From the IMG/VR virus record IMGVR_UViG_3300029267_002644: a stretch of DNA of 64,000 bases, one strand, 5' to 3'. Below, in pieces: positions 44,945 through 55,819 of this stretch; position 1 is the stretch's first letter, and each line of letters opens with the position of its first letter. The notes beneath the pieces were generated by a model. It ran no database searches. It had not been told where the DNA came from and worked only from the letters and a program-made list of their open reading frames with translations. Source of the stretch: an uncultured virus (IMG/VR IMGVR_UViG_3300029267_002644) (taxonomy: Duplodnaviria; Heunggongvirae; Uroviricota; Caudoviricetes). The position numbers were made by a program, and so were the translations under genes.

Positions 44945-45589
44945 ATGAACTTCGATGCACATCATTTAGTTAAACAAATTAATGATATATTAGAAAAGAG
45001 ATATACGTCATCTCTAGATCATACTCATAGTTATTCACAGAAAAAACCAGATGCAAGACAAGATTTTGCAGACGTTCCGTCAGTTGAAGATGACGATGAA
45101 TATCAAACTCATTTTGCTTTTCCTACTGAGCAGGTGGCAGAAGCTGAAGATGAGGAAGAAAAAGCTGCGGAACCAACGGAAGATGTACCAACCGACATAC
45201 CTGAAGAACCAGCAGATGCGGGTGGAGAAATGCCCGCTGATATGACTGGTATGGGCGGCGGTGAAGATATGTTGGGTGGTATGGGTATGGAGGAAGAGGA
45301 CGAAGGTCCTCAAGATCGTACTGATGTTGGTCGTCGTTTTGAGTTAAAGAAAATCTATTCTAGGTTAGTAGCTATTGAAGCTCATTTAAATACGGCATCA
45401 GATGAAACTCTGGTTCAAATGAGAAATTTCGTATCTCAAGCAATTAGTCTTTTTAGAGTATTAATCAACAACATTGATTTATACAAAGACAAAATTGACG
45501 AGGTGCTTGTTACATATTATAAGTTCGTAATACAGACATACGAGATGTTGAGCAAATATTATAAAGCAAAAGCAAATAAGGAGAAGTAA
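44945..45589 (+). CDS. acidic hypothetical head-module protein
   Basis: ORF between the portal and protease genes. Confidence 0.5.
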   Translation: MNFDAHHLVKQINDILEKRYTSSLDHTHSYSQKKPDARQDFADVPSVEDDDEYQTHFAFPTEQVAEAEDEEEKAAEPTEDVPTDIPEEPADAGGEMPADMTGMGGGEDMLGGMGMEEEDEGPQDRTDVGRRFELKKIYSRLVAIEAHLNTASDETLVQMRNFVSQAISLFRVLINNIDLYKDKIDEVLVTYYKFVIQTYEMLSKYYKAKANKEK

Positions 45590-45593
45590 TATC

Positions 45594-46253
45594 ATGGCTG
45601 TTTTCATTCAAGAGGGTGCAATATTTCAAGAAGCAAATGTTGTGCACCAAACACCAGGTAAAGCGAGATTCCGAATGACCCTGCAGACTATGAATGAAGT
45701 CAATCAAAATAATCGCTTATATCCCGATACAGTTCTTATGGGCGGAATGGAAAATTGTAGAGAGCGTTGTAATCGTGGTGCTTTCTTTGGCGAACTTGAC
45801 CATCCGTTTCCAAGTGGTAATGAACAATTTGATGCGGTTAGACAAACAACTGTATCTTTAAAAGAAGTTTCACATATTATTCGTGATTTTGAACAACGCG
45901 GTAACATGTTAGTGGGAGAAATTGAAACTGCATCAACTCCAAATGGTGCAATTCTTCACGGCCTTCTAAAAGACAAATCTGGTATTGGTATGAGCATGAG
46001 AGGACTTGCAGAGTTGGACCGTCAATCAGATCATAATATTGTAAAAGATCCTCTAATGATTGTCGCCTTTGATTCTGTATCTCTACCAAGTCATAAAGCT
46101 GCTGTTGTTGATTTTAATGAGATGGCATTTGAAAGTGATATGTTAGTAGAAAATCAACAAATGATCTGCTTTAATGGGAGATGCTTTCTGCCAAATTATT
46201 TTGATAAACTGGTTGAGACAAAAATGATTGATTTCTTTACAAGGTGGGTATAA
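45594..46253 (+). CDS. prohead protease (T4 gp21-like)
   Basis: NQNNRLY...GELDHP...VSH...TPNG.I..GL....GMSMRG...FD.V..PS. Confidence 0.9.
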   Translation: MAVFIQEGAIFQEANVVHQTPGKARFRMTLQTMNEVNQNNRLYPDTVLMGGMENCRERCNRGAFFGELDHPFPSGNEQFDAVRQTTVSLKEVSHIIRDFEQRGNMLVGEIETASTPNGAILHGLLKDKSGIGMSMRGLAELDRQSDHNIVKDPLMIVAFDSVSLPSHKAAVVDFNEMAFESDMLVENQQMICFNGRCFLPNYFDKLVETKMIDFFTRWV

Positions 46254-46449
46254 TGGTACCAACAATGAAGGAGAATGATTATCTCAAACTCCTGAAAGTA
46301 AGCGCCAATAATCACAAGGTTTTTAACATTCAAAAAGAAGATGAGGGTGAGCCGCCTTGTGAGTCCCAATGAGGCAAAAAGAAAAAGGTTACTCCCAGGT
46401 AGGGAGAGAAACAGACTAGGACGTCAGGAAACAAACTAGGAGAATAAAA

Positions 46450-47183
46450 ATGAGAATAGTGAAAACCGATTCCGACTCAAAATTAGAACAAATACAAAAT
46501 AACAGAGATTTTATCTCCTCTGTGCTTGATGAAATTTTCTTGATTTGCAGAAGTGATAGCGCCTTTCATGAAGTGAAAACACAGATTGAAGGAGTTGATG
46601 ACAAGCTAGAAACATTCAATAAACGTCTTAGAAAACAAACTAATTTACTAGAGCAATCTAATCAGATAGAACAAGATGTGAAGCAGAAAATTGCAATCTT
46701 AAATGATCAGACCTTTAAAATGAGGGCTGAACTACTCGAACAATTAGGAAGCTCAATATGAACATCATTGAAACGAATATTCCAGATGTCGATATCAGTA
46801 GCATCGACCAAGCAAAAGTTAAATTAGCAAACAAGATAATCAGAAATGTTTATCCGTTGTTTGATGAAGTACATTCAGATAAAGTTACAAGAATAAAAAC
46901 AGCACAAAGACAACTAAAAGAAAAGAGACAGCAAGTCGGTGAACAAAAGAATTTGTTACAAGGGTTAGTAGACGAATACTCCAGGAAAAAGAAAATTAAG
47001 AAATTGCTAGATCGTCTCTCTAAATTAGTTTCATCAGGTTTAGTTTATGACGGATCTTTAAGGACAGAAACAATTGTCCTTTTAAAGGTCATTGACAAGT
47101 TACCCGAAGATAAATTAGATTTTCATCTTCGAGACTCGATGAAAAATATTACAAAAAGGTTTGGTAGCCACAGTAATATTTGA
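46450..47183 (+). CDS. two coiled-coil hypothetical proteins (46450-46761, 46758-47183)
   Basis: Coupled ORFs between the protease and capsid genes. Confidence 0.5.
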
Positions 47184-47210
47184 TTTGATTAAATTAAGGA
47201 GGAAACCCTA

Positions 47211-48659
47211 ATGAAAGAAATACTGACTGAAGTTTACAGAACTACTAAAAAGGTTTCCGGTATCGACCCATCGAAACCAGGAAACATGAAGCAGATTCTG
47301 GTGGACGACAGTGCTTTTGAGACTTATGTTACAGGTCTAGCCGAATCGATCGAGAGTAAGAAAGATCGTGAAGCTTTCGTTAGATTAGCTGAGAATACTA
47401 GAGTAAATCTCTTGGAAAATTCAATGTTCCAGATCAATCCATATGAAACGTTGACTCTTCCTATTCTCCGTGTCTTCTATCCAAAGCTCGTTGCTAAAGA
47501 GCTCGTAACTGTAAGTCCGATGGATAAACCGGAAGTTATCAAGGCTTTCATCACTGCTGAATTCACCCCATCTGGCGGCTCAACTCCATATCCAGCGCCA
47601 GTAACACAAACTGACGTTTCTGGTGGTCCTGCAATTGGTACACCTGTTGCAGCCACTGTAAATGTTCCTCAAGATGCTTTTGACGTGTTGAATGTTATTG
47701 GTTTGACATCAACCGAAGCTCACCTTGAAAGAGATTTTGAAATCACATCAGTATCTGATGGTACTACAGACGTTGCAGTCTCCATCGTTCCTGCTGTTGA
47801 AGGACATTTCTCCTCAAGCGTAACCACACCAGCCGGTACTGACGTTGTCTCCGGTATGGTAGACTACCTGAATGGCACTCTCGCTATTTCAAGTGCTACA
47901 GGCGTTGTACAATCTGTGAAGTATAGCGTAACCTGTTCCTTGGAAGAAAACAGAGTTAACCCATTCGTAAAACTCAATGTGGACAAAGTTCGTCTCTACG
48001 CCAAAGATCGTCAGATCTCTGCTAACTGGACAATCAACATGGAGCAAGATATGCGAGCTCTATTTGATCTCTCCATGCAAGCAGAAATCGTTAACATCCT
48101 TGGTCAACAGATCGCGCTTGACATTGACCGTGAAATCATCGACGCCCTGATCGCTGGCAATGCCAGATTGAATTCTGCGGCTCATATCCAGACATTTAAT
48201 CGTACTCCTCCAGGTGGTTATACTTGGGGAACGAAATACTGGCATGAAAACATCATCCCTGTGATGAATGAACTTTCTGCCCAAATCTACACAGACACCA
48301 ACATGGAAGCTGGTAATACAGTTGCATGTAATCCGCTCGACGCAGCCATCCTCGAAGATCTCCAGACATTTAATTATACTGGTACTTCTTCCGCAGACGG
48401 CGACCTCGGGTATAGAAGTGCAACAGTTGCTGGCGGCAAATGGAGAGTGCTGACTTCAGCAGTCGTACCACAAGGTTCTATGGTTATGGTTTATAAACCA
48501 GCCGAAGAGCTCAAGTGTGTATATCTCTACTGCCCCTACGTGCCTGCGGTTTTACACCCGTATCCGTTAGGTCACACTCCTTCTCTAACAATTCTAAGTC
48601 GTTATGCGACTAGTCTTGTTAGAAGTAATGGAATTAGTGTACTCAACGTTGGACCATAA
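47211..48659 (+). CDS. major capsid protein (T4 gp23-like)
   Basis: LPILR..YP.LVA.ELV.V.PM...A..R.I.A.WT....QD...I...IDREII...YCPYVP...SRYA. Confidence 0.9.
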   Translation: MKEILTEVYRTTKKVSGIDPSKPGNMKQILVDDSAFETYVTGLAESIESKKDREAFVRLAENTRVNLLENSMFQINPYETLTLPILRVFYPKLVAKELVTVSPMDKPEVIKAFITAEFTPSGGSTPYPAPVTQTDVSGGPAIGTPVAATVNVPQDAFDVLNVIGLTSTEAHLERDFEITSVSDGTTDVAVSIVPAVEGHFSSSVTTPAGTDVVSGMVDYLNGTLAISSATGVVQSVKYSVTCSLEENRVNPFVKLNVDKVRLYAKDRQISANWTINMEQDMRALFDLSMQAEIVNILGQQIALDIDREIIDALIAGNARLNSAAHIQTFNRTPPGGYTWGTKYWHENIIPVMNELSAQIYTDTNMEAGNTVACNPLDAAILEDLQTFNYTGTSSADGDLGYRSATVAGGKWRVLTSAVVPQGSMVMVYKPAEELKCVYLYCPYVPAVLHPYPLGHTPSLTILSRYATSLVRSNGISVLNVGP

Positions 48660-48681
48660 TACGGGTTCTAACTAGAACAAC

Positions 48682-48715
48682 AATGTCCAAGGAGTTTCGA
48701 CTCCTTGGACATTTT
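48682..48715 (+). terminator. intrinsic terminator after the capsid gene
   Basis: AATGTCCAAGGAGT-ttcg-ACTCCTTGGACATT-TT. Confidence 0.8.
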
Positions 48716-48834
48716 CCGTCGAAAAATTCTAACATATTGATCACCTCATAAAAAAGGGCGGGGTCTCTGACTTCATGGAAGGATTTCCCTGTGTGTAAAA
48801 CCCCCTTTTTGTATCCTATGACCCCGCCCAGATT

Positions 48835-49362
48835 TTATTCCTTTTCGTCAAATTTTGCGCCACATTGCTCGAGTAAAGAAGCAAGAAGTGTTGTCATTGT
48901 AATATCACCTTCCCACCCGATCTCAGCAAGACTGTTAGCAATTCTTTGAGCAGCCTCAGGAACTTCATCAGTTCCATCGAGCACTTCAACCTTTACTGGA
49001 GGTACTACCATATCTGCCCTCCCCTTTTCTGTTATCATCCAACCATGTGGTTTTTTGTTGAGTTCAAAAAGAACCTCCAAACCCTTATCTATCAATTCAC
49101 AATCTGTTCGAATAAGCAAGTTTGAAGCATGACACTCTGTACAGTATTCAACAGTACCATGTATGTTCCAACCCGCTCGAGAACCTGCTTGTTTACCACA
49201 CTTACCACACCACCAATGATAGAAACCATCAACGAGAGGCTGATATGTTGCAATCGCATCAATTTCATGAGAAGGCATTGGTTTGCTAGTATTTCCATTG
49301 GTGTAATGTTCTTGTCGTAAAAACATATCACCTCCACAACCAGAAGAGTGTGCCTCTCCCAT
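48835..49362 (-). CDS. zinc-ribbon hypothetical protein
   Basis: CGKCG...CTEC. Confidence 0.5.
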   Translation of the reverse strand: MGEAHSSGCGGDMFLRQEHYTNGNTSKPMPSHEIDAIATYQPLVDGFYHWWCGKCGKQAGSRAGWNIHGTVEYCTECHASNLLIRTDCELIDKGLEVLFELNKKPHGWMITEKGRADMVVPPVKVEVLDGTDEVPEAAQRIANSLAEIGWEGDITMTTLLASLLEQCGAKFDEKE

Positions 49363-49714
49363 TAAAATGTCGTTGATATTCTACCTTGTCATCAACCAAG
49401 GTGTCAATTCCAACCTGAGCACAAATCTTCGCTTTTGAAGACCACCAATCCTCGTCACTTGCCCACCAGTTATCATTTTCGTCTTGCCACATTTTACAAT
49501 GCGTTGCACTACGAAGCCAATCTACTACAGAGATAACAAAGTTGTAATGGACATCCTGACGAAAACCAAGCTTCGCTAGTTCCACAAAGATATCACCCTT
49601 TGGCGGACCAGAGAGAATGACAATCTCATGTTCTTTCATAAGATGAGACAACCATCCTTTAAAGAACTCAGGTTTCGAGTCTATCGTACCGTGTAAATCG
49701 AATGCCATTTTCAT
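49328..49714 (-). CDS. HAD-like phosphatase
   Basis: AFDLHGTI...ILSG...K..IC...IDTLVDD. Confidence 0.6.
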   Translation of the reverse strand: MKMAFDLHGTIDSKPEFFKGWLSHLMKEHEIVILSGPPKGDIFVELAKLGFRQDVHYNFVISVVDWLRSATHCKMWQDENDNWWASDEDWWSSKAKICAQVGIDTLVDDKVEYQRHFNGRGTLFWLWR

Positions 49715-49715
49715 A

Positions 49716-50564
49716 TCAAGGCCGCCTTAACTGTGCTCGGGAGATGTTATATGGATCTTCCCTCTTAAAGTGGGTTCGAAAATGCATGGTGATAACAGGA
49801 TCGGAAGTATCAAAATCCTCACCATGTGTATACGCATACAGTCGAGAATCGACTTCCGAATAAGAATCAACACCAAATTGCTCAGTATCTGAAGACGTGA
49901 TACCAAGCCCGTCCGTAGGAACAGCATCAATACATGCTTGTATAGCTTCAACCTCAGAACCTGCATTTATCTTCTCATATTGTCCTTTGATGTGTTCAGT
50001 CAGCTCATACACTTCTTTTTTCCACAGATTTTGGATAGGACCAAAATTGCCAACATCTCCGTGGAGTGTCCAGAAACCAAGAAGCCATTCTGTATAATTG
50101 TCTGTGCTGAGGACAATACCCTTTTGACGCCTTGCGAGATCAAAGAGGTAGATCATTCGAAGTCTTGCTTTGATATTTCCTTTGCTGATGCGTTCTTCAA
50201 AATCTGGATGATAATTGACAGAATAATCAGGCCACACGTTTTCCAGAAGTTGATGATAACCAAGCGTCATATCACAAATAGAAAATTGGTCACAAAACAA
50301 TTCTCCCATCATTCTCGATCTGGTAAGTTCTTCCTCTGTTGATTCAATTCCAAGAAATCTGCCAATGAGTTTGAATTCGCCCAATCTGTCACATACAACT
50401 CTTGCTAGTAATGCAACAAGACATGAGTCGACTCCACCAGAAAGGCCGATAATCATTGTTTCTCGACCTCTGCAATTCCGTTTTAAATAGTTCTCCCAAG
50501 TGATAATAATGTTATCATACAACTTGGGTATGTTTGTAAACCACTTATAGTATTCTCCTCCCAT
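49716..50564 (-). CDS. nadE: NH3-dependent NAD+ synthetase
   Basis: GLSGGVDS, GNIKARLRM, STDNYTE..LGFWTLHGD, PTDGL. Confidence 0.9.
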   Translation of the reverse strand: MGGEYYKWFTNIPKLYDNIIITWENYLKRNCRGRETMIIGLSGGVDSCLVALLARVVCDRLGEFKLIGRFLGIESTEEELTRSRMMGELFCDQFSICDMTLGYHQLLENVWPDYSVNYHPDFEERISKGNIKARLRMIYLFDLARRQKGIVLSTDNYTEWLLGFWTLHGDVGNFGPIQNLWKKEVYELTEHIKGQYEKINAGSEVEAIQACIDAVPTDGLGITSSDTEQFGVDSYSEVDSRLYAYTHGEDFDTSDPVITMHFRTHFKREDPYNISRAQLRRP

Positions 50565-50568
50565 CTTT

Positions 50569-51762
50569 TCACCCTTCCTGTAGTTGAAAAACCTGCGCTA
50601 GATAGAGCAAGTAGGATTTGTCGTCGCACATTCCCTTACCAGGAGAATCAGATATTTTCGCCACCGGTTGCATCGGCTTTCTCGGGTCCGGAGTACAACG
50701 AGTCATTTTCATAACAATTCTAGGAGCTTCCACACCAACATCATTCGTAAGGTTCGTCCCAATACCAAAACCTGTTTGGATATTAGACCTGAAAGTCTTG
50801 TACAAATCTATCGCCAGTTGAATGGTCAAACCATCAGAGAACACTGCTCTTTTTGTTGTTGGTTCGATACCAAGTGTTTGATAATGTTGGATAAGTTTCT
50901 CACCCCATTGATACGGATCGCCGGAGTCGTGTCGAGCACCATCAAAAAGTTTGGCGAGGTATTTGTTAAAATCCCGCAAGAATGCTTCAAAACCAACGAC
51001 GTCGGATAACGCAATACCTAAATCGCCTTGGTATACTCGACTCCAAGAATGAAACGCCTCACTCTGAGAGTCAATGAGCCGCACGAACGATTGAAATGCT
51101 TGCAGCCACCAATGTGACATTGTTCCAATCGGCGTTAAACCATACTTCATAGCATACAACATATTAGAAGTCCCAGCGAAATGTTGACTGATGTATTGCA
51201 TACACATTTGGATGATTTCTTCATGCCATTTTGGACTATAAGCACGTCTGGTTCCAAAATCAGCAAATTTAAAAGTGAAATCGTCATGGTGAATATGTTG
51301 ACGAATATAATCCACTTTCCTCATAAATCGTTGCCGACCTTCAATCCATGGAAGTTCAGAATCACCATTGTTAGCAATGTGACTAATAATTCGTAAAATG
51401 GGAACTTCGAACCATGCGACGGACGAGAGAGGACCCAGCGCAACAATTGCTGGCGTCCCCTCTGAGTCTTGTGTTATAGCAATATGAGATCTGTTTGGTT
51501 GAAATAAACGGAGATACTCAAGAAAGAAAGGTTGGAAATATCTGATTCTCCCACACCATCGATATTCATCTTTAGCGAATCTGAGAGAGCAGAAATGATT
51601 GATCTCCTCTACCAATCTCTGCATTTGAGCATCGTCGAATTTCAATTTTCCACTTCTATCCTTAAATATGAATTCAGCGTGTGCATTTGGGTATTCCCTC
51701 AACACAGCTTGAACCATAGTGAAGATATATTGATCGGTATCTAGCAGAGACCGAATGATCAT
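50569..51762 (-). CDS. pncB: nicotinate phosphoribosyltransferase
   Basis: SLLDTD.Y..TM, ADFGTRR, GTSN, GTMSH, G.RHDSGDP, FSDGL, GIGTNLTND, KISDSPGK. Confidence 0.92.
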   Translation of the reverse strand: MIIRSLLDTDQYIFTMVQAVLREYPNAHAEFIFKDRSGKLKFDDAQMQRLVEEINHFCSLRFAKDEYRWCGRIRYFQPFFLEYLRLFQPNRSHIAITQDSEGTPAIVALGPLSSVAWFEVPILRIISHIANNGDSELPWIEGRQRFMRKVDYIRQHIHHDDFTFKFADFGTRRAYSPKWHEEIIQMCMQYISQHFAGTSNMLYAMKYGLTPIGTMSHWWLQAFQSFVRLIDSQSEAFHSWSRVYQGDLGIALSDVVGFEAFLRDFNKYLAKLFDGARHDSGDPYQWGEKLIQHYQTLGIEPTTKRAVFSDGLTIQLAIDLYKTFRSNIQTGFGIGTNLTNDVGVEAPRIVMKMTRCTPDPRKPMQPVAKISDSPGKGMCDDKSYLLYLAQVFQLQEG

Positions 51763-52001
51763 ATCTCCTCCTTCCTCTTAAACAGAAACATTGTGTTCAC
51801 AAAATATCCACAGTTATTGCAGTGATAAAAATTCTTTCCGTTTTCTTTATATCTGGTGAAAACCGTGTTACACTTTTTACACACTCCGTTATTCCAACAT
51901 CTTTTATCCTTCTCATAAAAGTAATGTATTGTGTAAACGATCACTACCAGTACGACGCCCAGGATTACGTAGGCGGGATGCACGATTTCCACGGGTCTCA
52001 A
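51759..52001 (-). CDS. small membrane-anchored zinc-ribbon protein
   Basis: TM helix then WNNGVCKKC...CNNC; similar to 19855-20076. Confidence 0.5.
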   Translation of the reverse strand: MRPVEIVHPAYVILGVVLVVIVYTIHYFYEKDKRCWNNGVCKKCNTVFTRYKENGKNFYHCNNCGYFVNTMFLFKRKEEI

Positions 52002-52009
52002 CTCCTTTC

Positions 52010-52447
52010 CTATTCCAGATGTTCATATCCTGGGCGATTAGGTTTTTCATCCAAACGTTCCCAAGGAAAAACAATCCAGTTTAAAGTCTGATGGACAAAC
52101 ACATTTGGTTTCCACTTCGATCCATTCTTATGAGGTTTCCAGTATAATGCAGCGGTATATACGTCGTTGCGATATTGTTCTGGAATCAAATCTCTCATTG
52201 TTTGACCAGTATCCGTAAGATCGTCAACAATCAAAAGACGTTTAGGTTTAAGGATCAACGGTCCTGTGAATGTCACATATTTAAGATTTAGTTTATTAGC
52301 AATAACGCCAGCAACAAATACACCCCCAACAGGTGGACCATAAACATGAGTCACTGGTAGTCGTGCATACTTCAGTTTGTCAATTAGATCATTCATCAAC
52401 CTTCCAAAATCGGTCCACTTTAATATTACTTTTCCTGGCTTACTCAC
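52010..52447 (-). CDS. type I phosphoribosyltransferase (Gpt-like)
   Basis: LIVDDLTDTGQT...WIVFPWE. Confidence 0.8.
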   Translation of the reverse strand: MSKPGKVILKWTDFGRLMNDLIDKLKYARLPVTHVYGPPVGGVFVAGVIANKLNLKYVTFTGPLILKPKRLLIVDDLTDTGQTMRDLIPEQYRNDVYTAALYWKPHKNGSKWKPNVFVHQTLNWIVFPWERLDEKPNRPGYEHLE

Positions 52448-52459
52448 TCCACTAACCTC

Positions 52460-54151
52460 CTATTTCTTTTGAATCTTATATAGCGTTTTTCCCTGATAAA
52501 ATCTCACACCATCCGGACCTTTACAGAGTCGCATAGTGGAGTTAATTTCAGGATCATCAAACTTATCAATTTCCGGTCGTGTCGGATTTGCTCGAAATAT
52601 TTCTAGAGTATCATCCGACATAATAGCGATTCCAATCCCATTTGATAACACAACAAAGTTCGGTTCTTGTAAATCCACATCTTGAATAAGCCTGTGAGAA
52701 TATGAGTTATACTGATTCCCAAATCGAATGACATGAAGATCATATTTAGAATCTTTATAACCAGTTAACATAACTACTCCGTTATCAAATTTTGCATTGA
52801 CAACTTTGTAGCCTTCAAGTTCTGGAACTTCAGTTTCAATAAACCGAGTTTTCTCACCTTGTTTGGGTATTGGAATAACCAAGTATGGTTTTCCCATAAC
52901 GAGATGGTAAATTAAGCCGTCAAAGACTTCATTGGTTGACGGCATAATTCCCCAGGTCGCATTTACAGACACTAAAACTTTAGAACCCATATCGTTGAAT
53001 CCTACCTCAGTCAACTCATTTTCATGAATAATAAACAAGGTGTTGTTCACAACCATATATTTTGATGCGGCTAACACCTGATACATAATCATGATAGATT
53101 GGTCTAACGATTTGAGTTGTAGGCTTCCATTGTTAACCTTAACAAGAATTTCTGTGAGATTTGTGTCTGTGATTACAACATCAACGCCAGGATTGACCTT
53201 ATAGTCGGCGTTCCCAATCCATAACCTCCCTTTAGTCTTTGTTATGGGTTTACCGAAAATATTCCGGTGGGAGATGATGTCGGAGTCATAATCTTTAACT
53301 CGAGTGATTTTGAAATTGTCGGTGCTCTGTATAAGAGTCACTTCGACGGATACGATTTCCAATGTGCCAGGAAGCAGTGGTGGAGCAATACGCTTACCTT
53401 TTTCAAACAGGTTAACATACCACTCTTTATAATGAGGTGGAATTAAACTAAAATCCCTGACTGATCTGGGTAACCGGACGTCAGAATTGAAGATGGACAC
53501 ATGAGATTTCATCCGACCTTCAATATCACCTTTCTTGAAGTCCTTGTGCTTACCTCTAAATGGATGTATTCCAGTAAAGAGATAGCACGTAATAATACCA
53601 AACGCAAACCAGTCCGTCAATTCAGAGAATTTTTGACAAGTCCAATCTCTGATATTTGGACTAATTGCACTCGCTGCCCAACTAGGGGTCTGCCAGTTAT
53701 CTGTATCGATAAAATATGGCTCTATCCAAGAGGAAGCAACTATGACATTGTATTCGTTCATGTCAACAACGAGACAACCTGCATCGTGCGCATCACGAAT
53801 CAGAACTTTCATTGCCTCGACAAGTTCTACTAAATGGTCAGGTGTTATCCCGTTGTCGTTTTGATAACCAGTTGTGAAAAGTTTAACAAGAGTTTCTCCA
53901 ACGGCAAGATCCATTGTAAACCCAATGACCTTCTTTTTGGTATCCATAATAATACCCTTGGGTTTTATAATATTAGGATTTTTAATCCTTTGGAGTTCTG
54001 ATATTTTCTCCTCGTTGATCATATGGTTAGGACTATGGTAGATCTTATACGCCGTTTTCCCCACAATCCAAACCTTCGCTTGTCCTCCCGCTTTAAAGTC
54101 GTTTGGGTCAAGATTTATGGGAGTTTTCTTACCTCGTACAAAGATCTTCAT
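52460..54151 (-). CDS. Ser/Thr protein kinase-like protein (TerY-P triad kinase)
   Basis: GGQAKV...AYKIY...VVDMNEYNVIV...IDTD...DWFAFGII....TGIHPF.G. Confidence 0.8.
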   Translation of the reverse strand: MKIFVRGKKTPINLDPNDFKAGGQAKVWIVGKTAYKIYHSPNHMINEEKISELQRIKNPNIIKPKGIIMDTKKKVIGFTMDLAVGETLVKLFTTGYQNDNGITPDHLVELVEAMKVLIRDAHDAGCLVVDMNEYNVIVASSWIEPYFIDTDNWQTPSWAASAISPNIRDWTCQKFSELTDWFAFGIITCYLFTGIHPFRGKHKDFKKGDIEGRMKSHVSIFNSDVRLPRSVRDFSLIPPHYKEWYVNLFEKGKRIAPPLLPGTLEIVSVEVTLIQSTDNFKITRVKDYDSDIISHRNIFGKPITKTKGRLWIGNADYKVNPGVDVVITDTNLTEILVKVNNGSLQLKSLDQSIMIMYQVLAASKYMVVNNTLFIIHENELTEVGFNDMGSKVLVSVNATWGIMPSTNEVFDGLIYHLVMGKPYLVIPIPKQGEKTRFIETEVPELEGYKVVNAKFDNGVVMLTGYKDSKYDLHVIRFGNQYNSYSHRLIQDVDLQEPNFVVLSNGIGIAIMSDDTLEIFRANPTRPEIDKFDDPEINSTMRLCKGPDGVRFYQGKTLYKIQKK

Positions 54152-54949
54152 TTAGTCCTCCCTATGAAAACCACCAATTGTAATATCATCTTGGTGGTAT
54201 AATTTTTGTTTTGCTAACTTCTTGATCATCCTTACCATCCGCCGTTGCAGAAAATTTCCTGCTGTGCTTTTGTATGTTGTGCTTTCTTGAGCAACTTCAA
54301 GAGGCGGAGGTCTATGATCAAATGAACTCAAACCATCCGAAGAAATCAAAACAGTTCTGAAATCATCTATTTGATGTTCCCAATGCATGGGTTCATCAAA
54401 TTCAAATAGTTTTTCATCCAATACACTTGTTATTCTCTGACGTATATGCTGCATAGCATACAAATCAAATGCCTTCGGATCCAGATAATATAACAAATAA
54501 AATGGTTTATTGTTCTGTTTACCATCAACAAATTCAATATGCTTCAGGTCTACGGTTCCATCATTATTTACATAGAAGACATAACCATCCCCATATGCAA
54601 AAATCTGGATTTTGTTTTTCTCATAATCATTGAGAACAATCATGAGAGTTGCGGCTAAACATTCATCATCCAAAAACATAGCGGTAGCCATAATTTCAGC
54701 TTGATGAATTATTCTCTGTCCTAAACCAAACCATTCAAATTGGTCCCAGTTAAATCTATATCTTTCCAATGTATTCGCCGCAGCATGACACAAAATTCTA
54801 GCACCAACGTCGGAATTGTGAGCTGCCGAACAACCATCAGACAAAATAACAAAATCGGGACCTGACAATATATAATCTTCACACATAAAGTGTGACTTGC
54901 CTGTAGCGATAAACTTATCCAAATGTACAGACATGATTTCTCCTTTCAT
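54152..54949 (-). CDS. PP2C-family phosphatase (TerY-P triad)
   Basis: G.SH..CED...SDGCS....SDVGAR...GDG...SSDG...DD. Confidence 0.8.
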   Translation of the reverse strand: MKGEIMSVHLDKFIATGKSHFMCEDYILSGPDFVILSDGCSAAHNSDVGARILCHAAANTLERYRFNWDQFEWFGLGQRIIHQAEIMATAMFLDDECLAATLMIVLNDYEKNKIQIFAYGDGYVFYVNNDGTVDLKHIEFVDGKQNNKPFYLLYYLDPKAFDLYAMQHIRQRITSVLDEKLFEFDEPMHWEHQIDDFRTVLISSDGLSSFDHRPPPLEVAQESTTYKSTAGNFLQRRMVRMIKKLAKQKLYHQDDITIGGFHRED

Positions 54950-55032
54950 TGAGTCATATATATAAAAAACAACTCCAATAACTTATTGTTAAGTTGACCG
55001 GACTCCCACTTTCGCAGGAGTCCGGTCAAAAC

Positions 55033-55806
55033 CTAAAACGTCAACTGACTGGGACCGCCCGAGCCAAGCATTTTCGATGTATCCGATGTGATGCTGGAGA
55101 CCTGGAGAATGATCTTTTTGATAGTATCATCCGTAAAGTCTTCCATATCGACGTATTCCGTCAGGTCTGCTTCAGCGTGGAATTCGGACAGTTTCTGGCT
55201 GACGACTTGTTTCCAAGATGAACTGCCCAGACCATCCGGATTTACACCAACCAAAATAGTCCGAATGCTTTCAAGAGCTTCCGATCGCATCGCTTCAACG
55301 ACCTTTTCTTTCACATTCTTCGGTTCTGGATATACTCTGGAATCGTTGTCATCTCCATCCGTCAAGAAAACCAAGATGGCATTGGAATCATATTCCTCAT
55401 CATCGAGACGTTGAGCTTCTACCACCGTTGCATCAATGGCAGAACCAACCGCGTCAAATAATGCGGTACCACCAAAACAATTGACAACGGGATAGTCAGC
55501 GTCTGGATCAATATCCATGAGCAACTTGAAACCATGGACTTCTTCCACTCCAATAGCGGAGCTGAAGATCACGACACGCCACAAGATATTCCTTGCGGTA
55601 TCTTCCCCTTTGAGTTTCTTGACGATCTCTCGCATGATTCGAGTGAGGTCGTTTTCCCGTCCACCAAGGCTCCCGGTGACGTCAACGACCAATGTCCCTA
55701 ACGTGTAGTTGGAAGCATCGAGTTTTTCAATTGCCGTGTTTGAGTATTTGAAACCTCCCTTGAGGTTTATCATTTGACTCCCAGTGGTATCTGCTAATTT
55801 CGGCAT
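55033..55806 (-). CDS. vWA-domain protein (TerY-like)
   Basis: VVDVTGS, GGTALFDAV, LTDGDDNDS. Confidence 0.8.
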   Translation of the reverse strand: MPKLADTTGSQMINLKGGFKYSNTAIEKLDASNYTLGTLVVDVTGSLGGRENDLTRIMREIVKKLKGEDTARNILWRVVIFSSAIGVEEVHGFKLLMDIDPDADYPVVNCFGGTALFDAVGSAIDATVVEAQRLDDEEYDSNAILVFLTDGDDNDSRVYPEPKNVKEKVVEAMRSEALESIRTILVGVNPDGLGSSSWKQVVSQKLSEFHAEADLTEYVDMEDFTDDTIKKIILQVSSITSDTSKMLGSGGPSQLTF

Positions 55807-55819
55807 TGTGTGTTCCTCC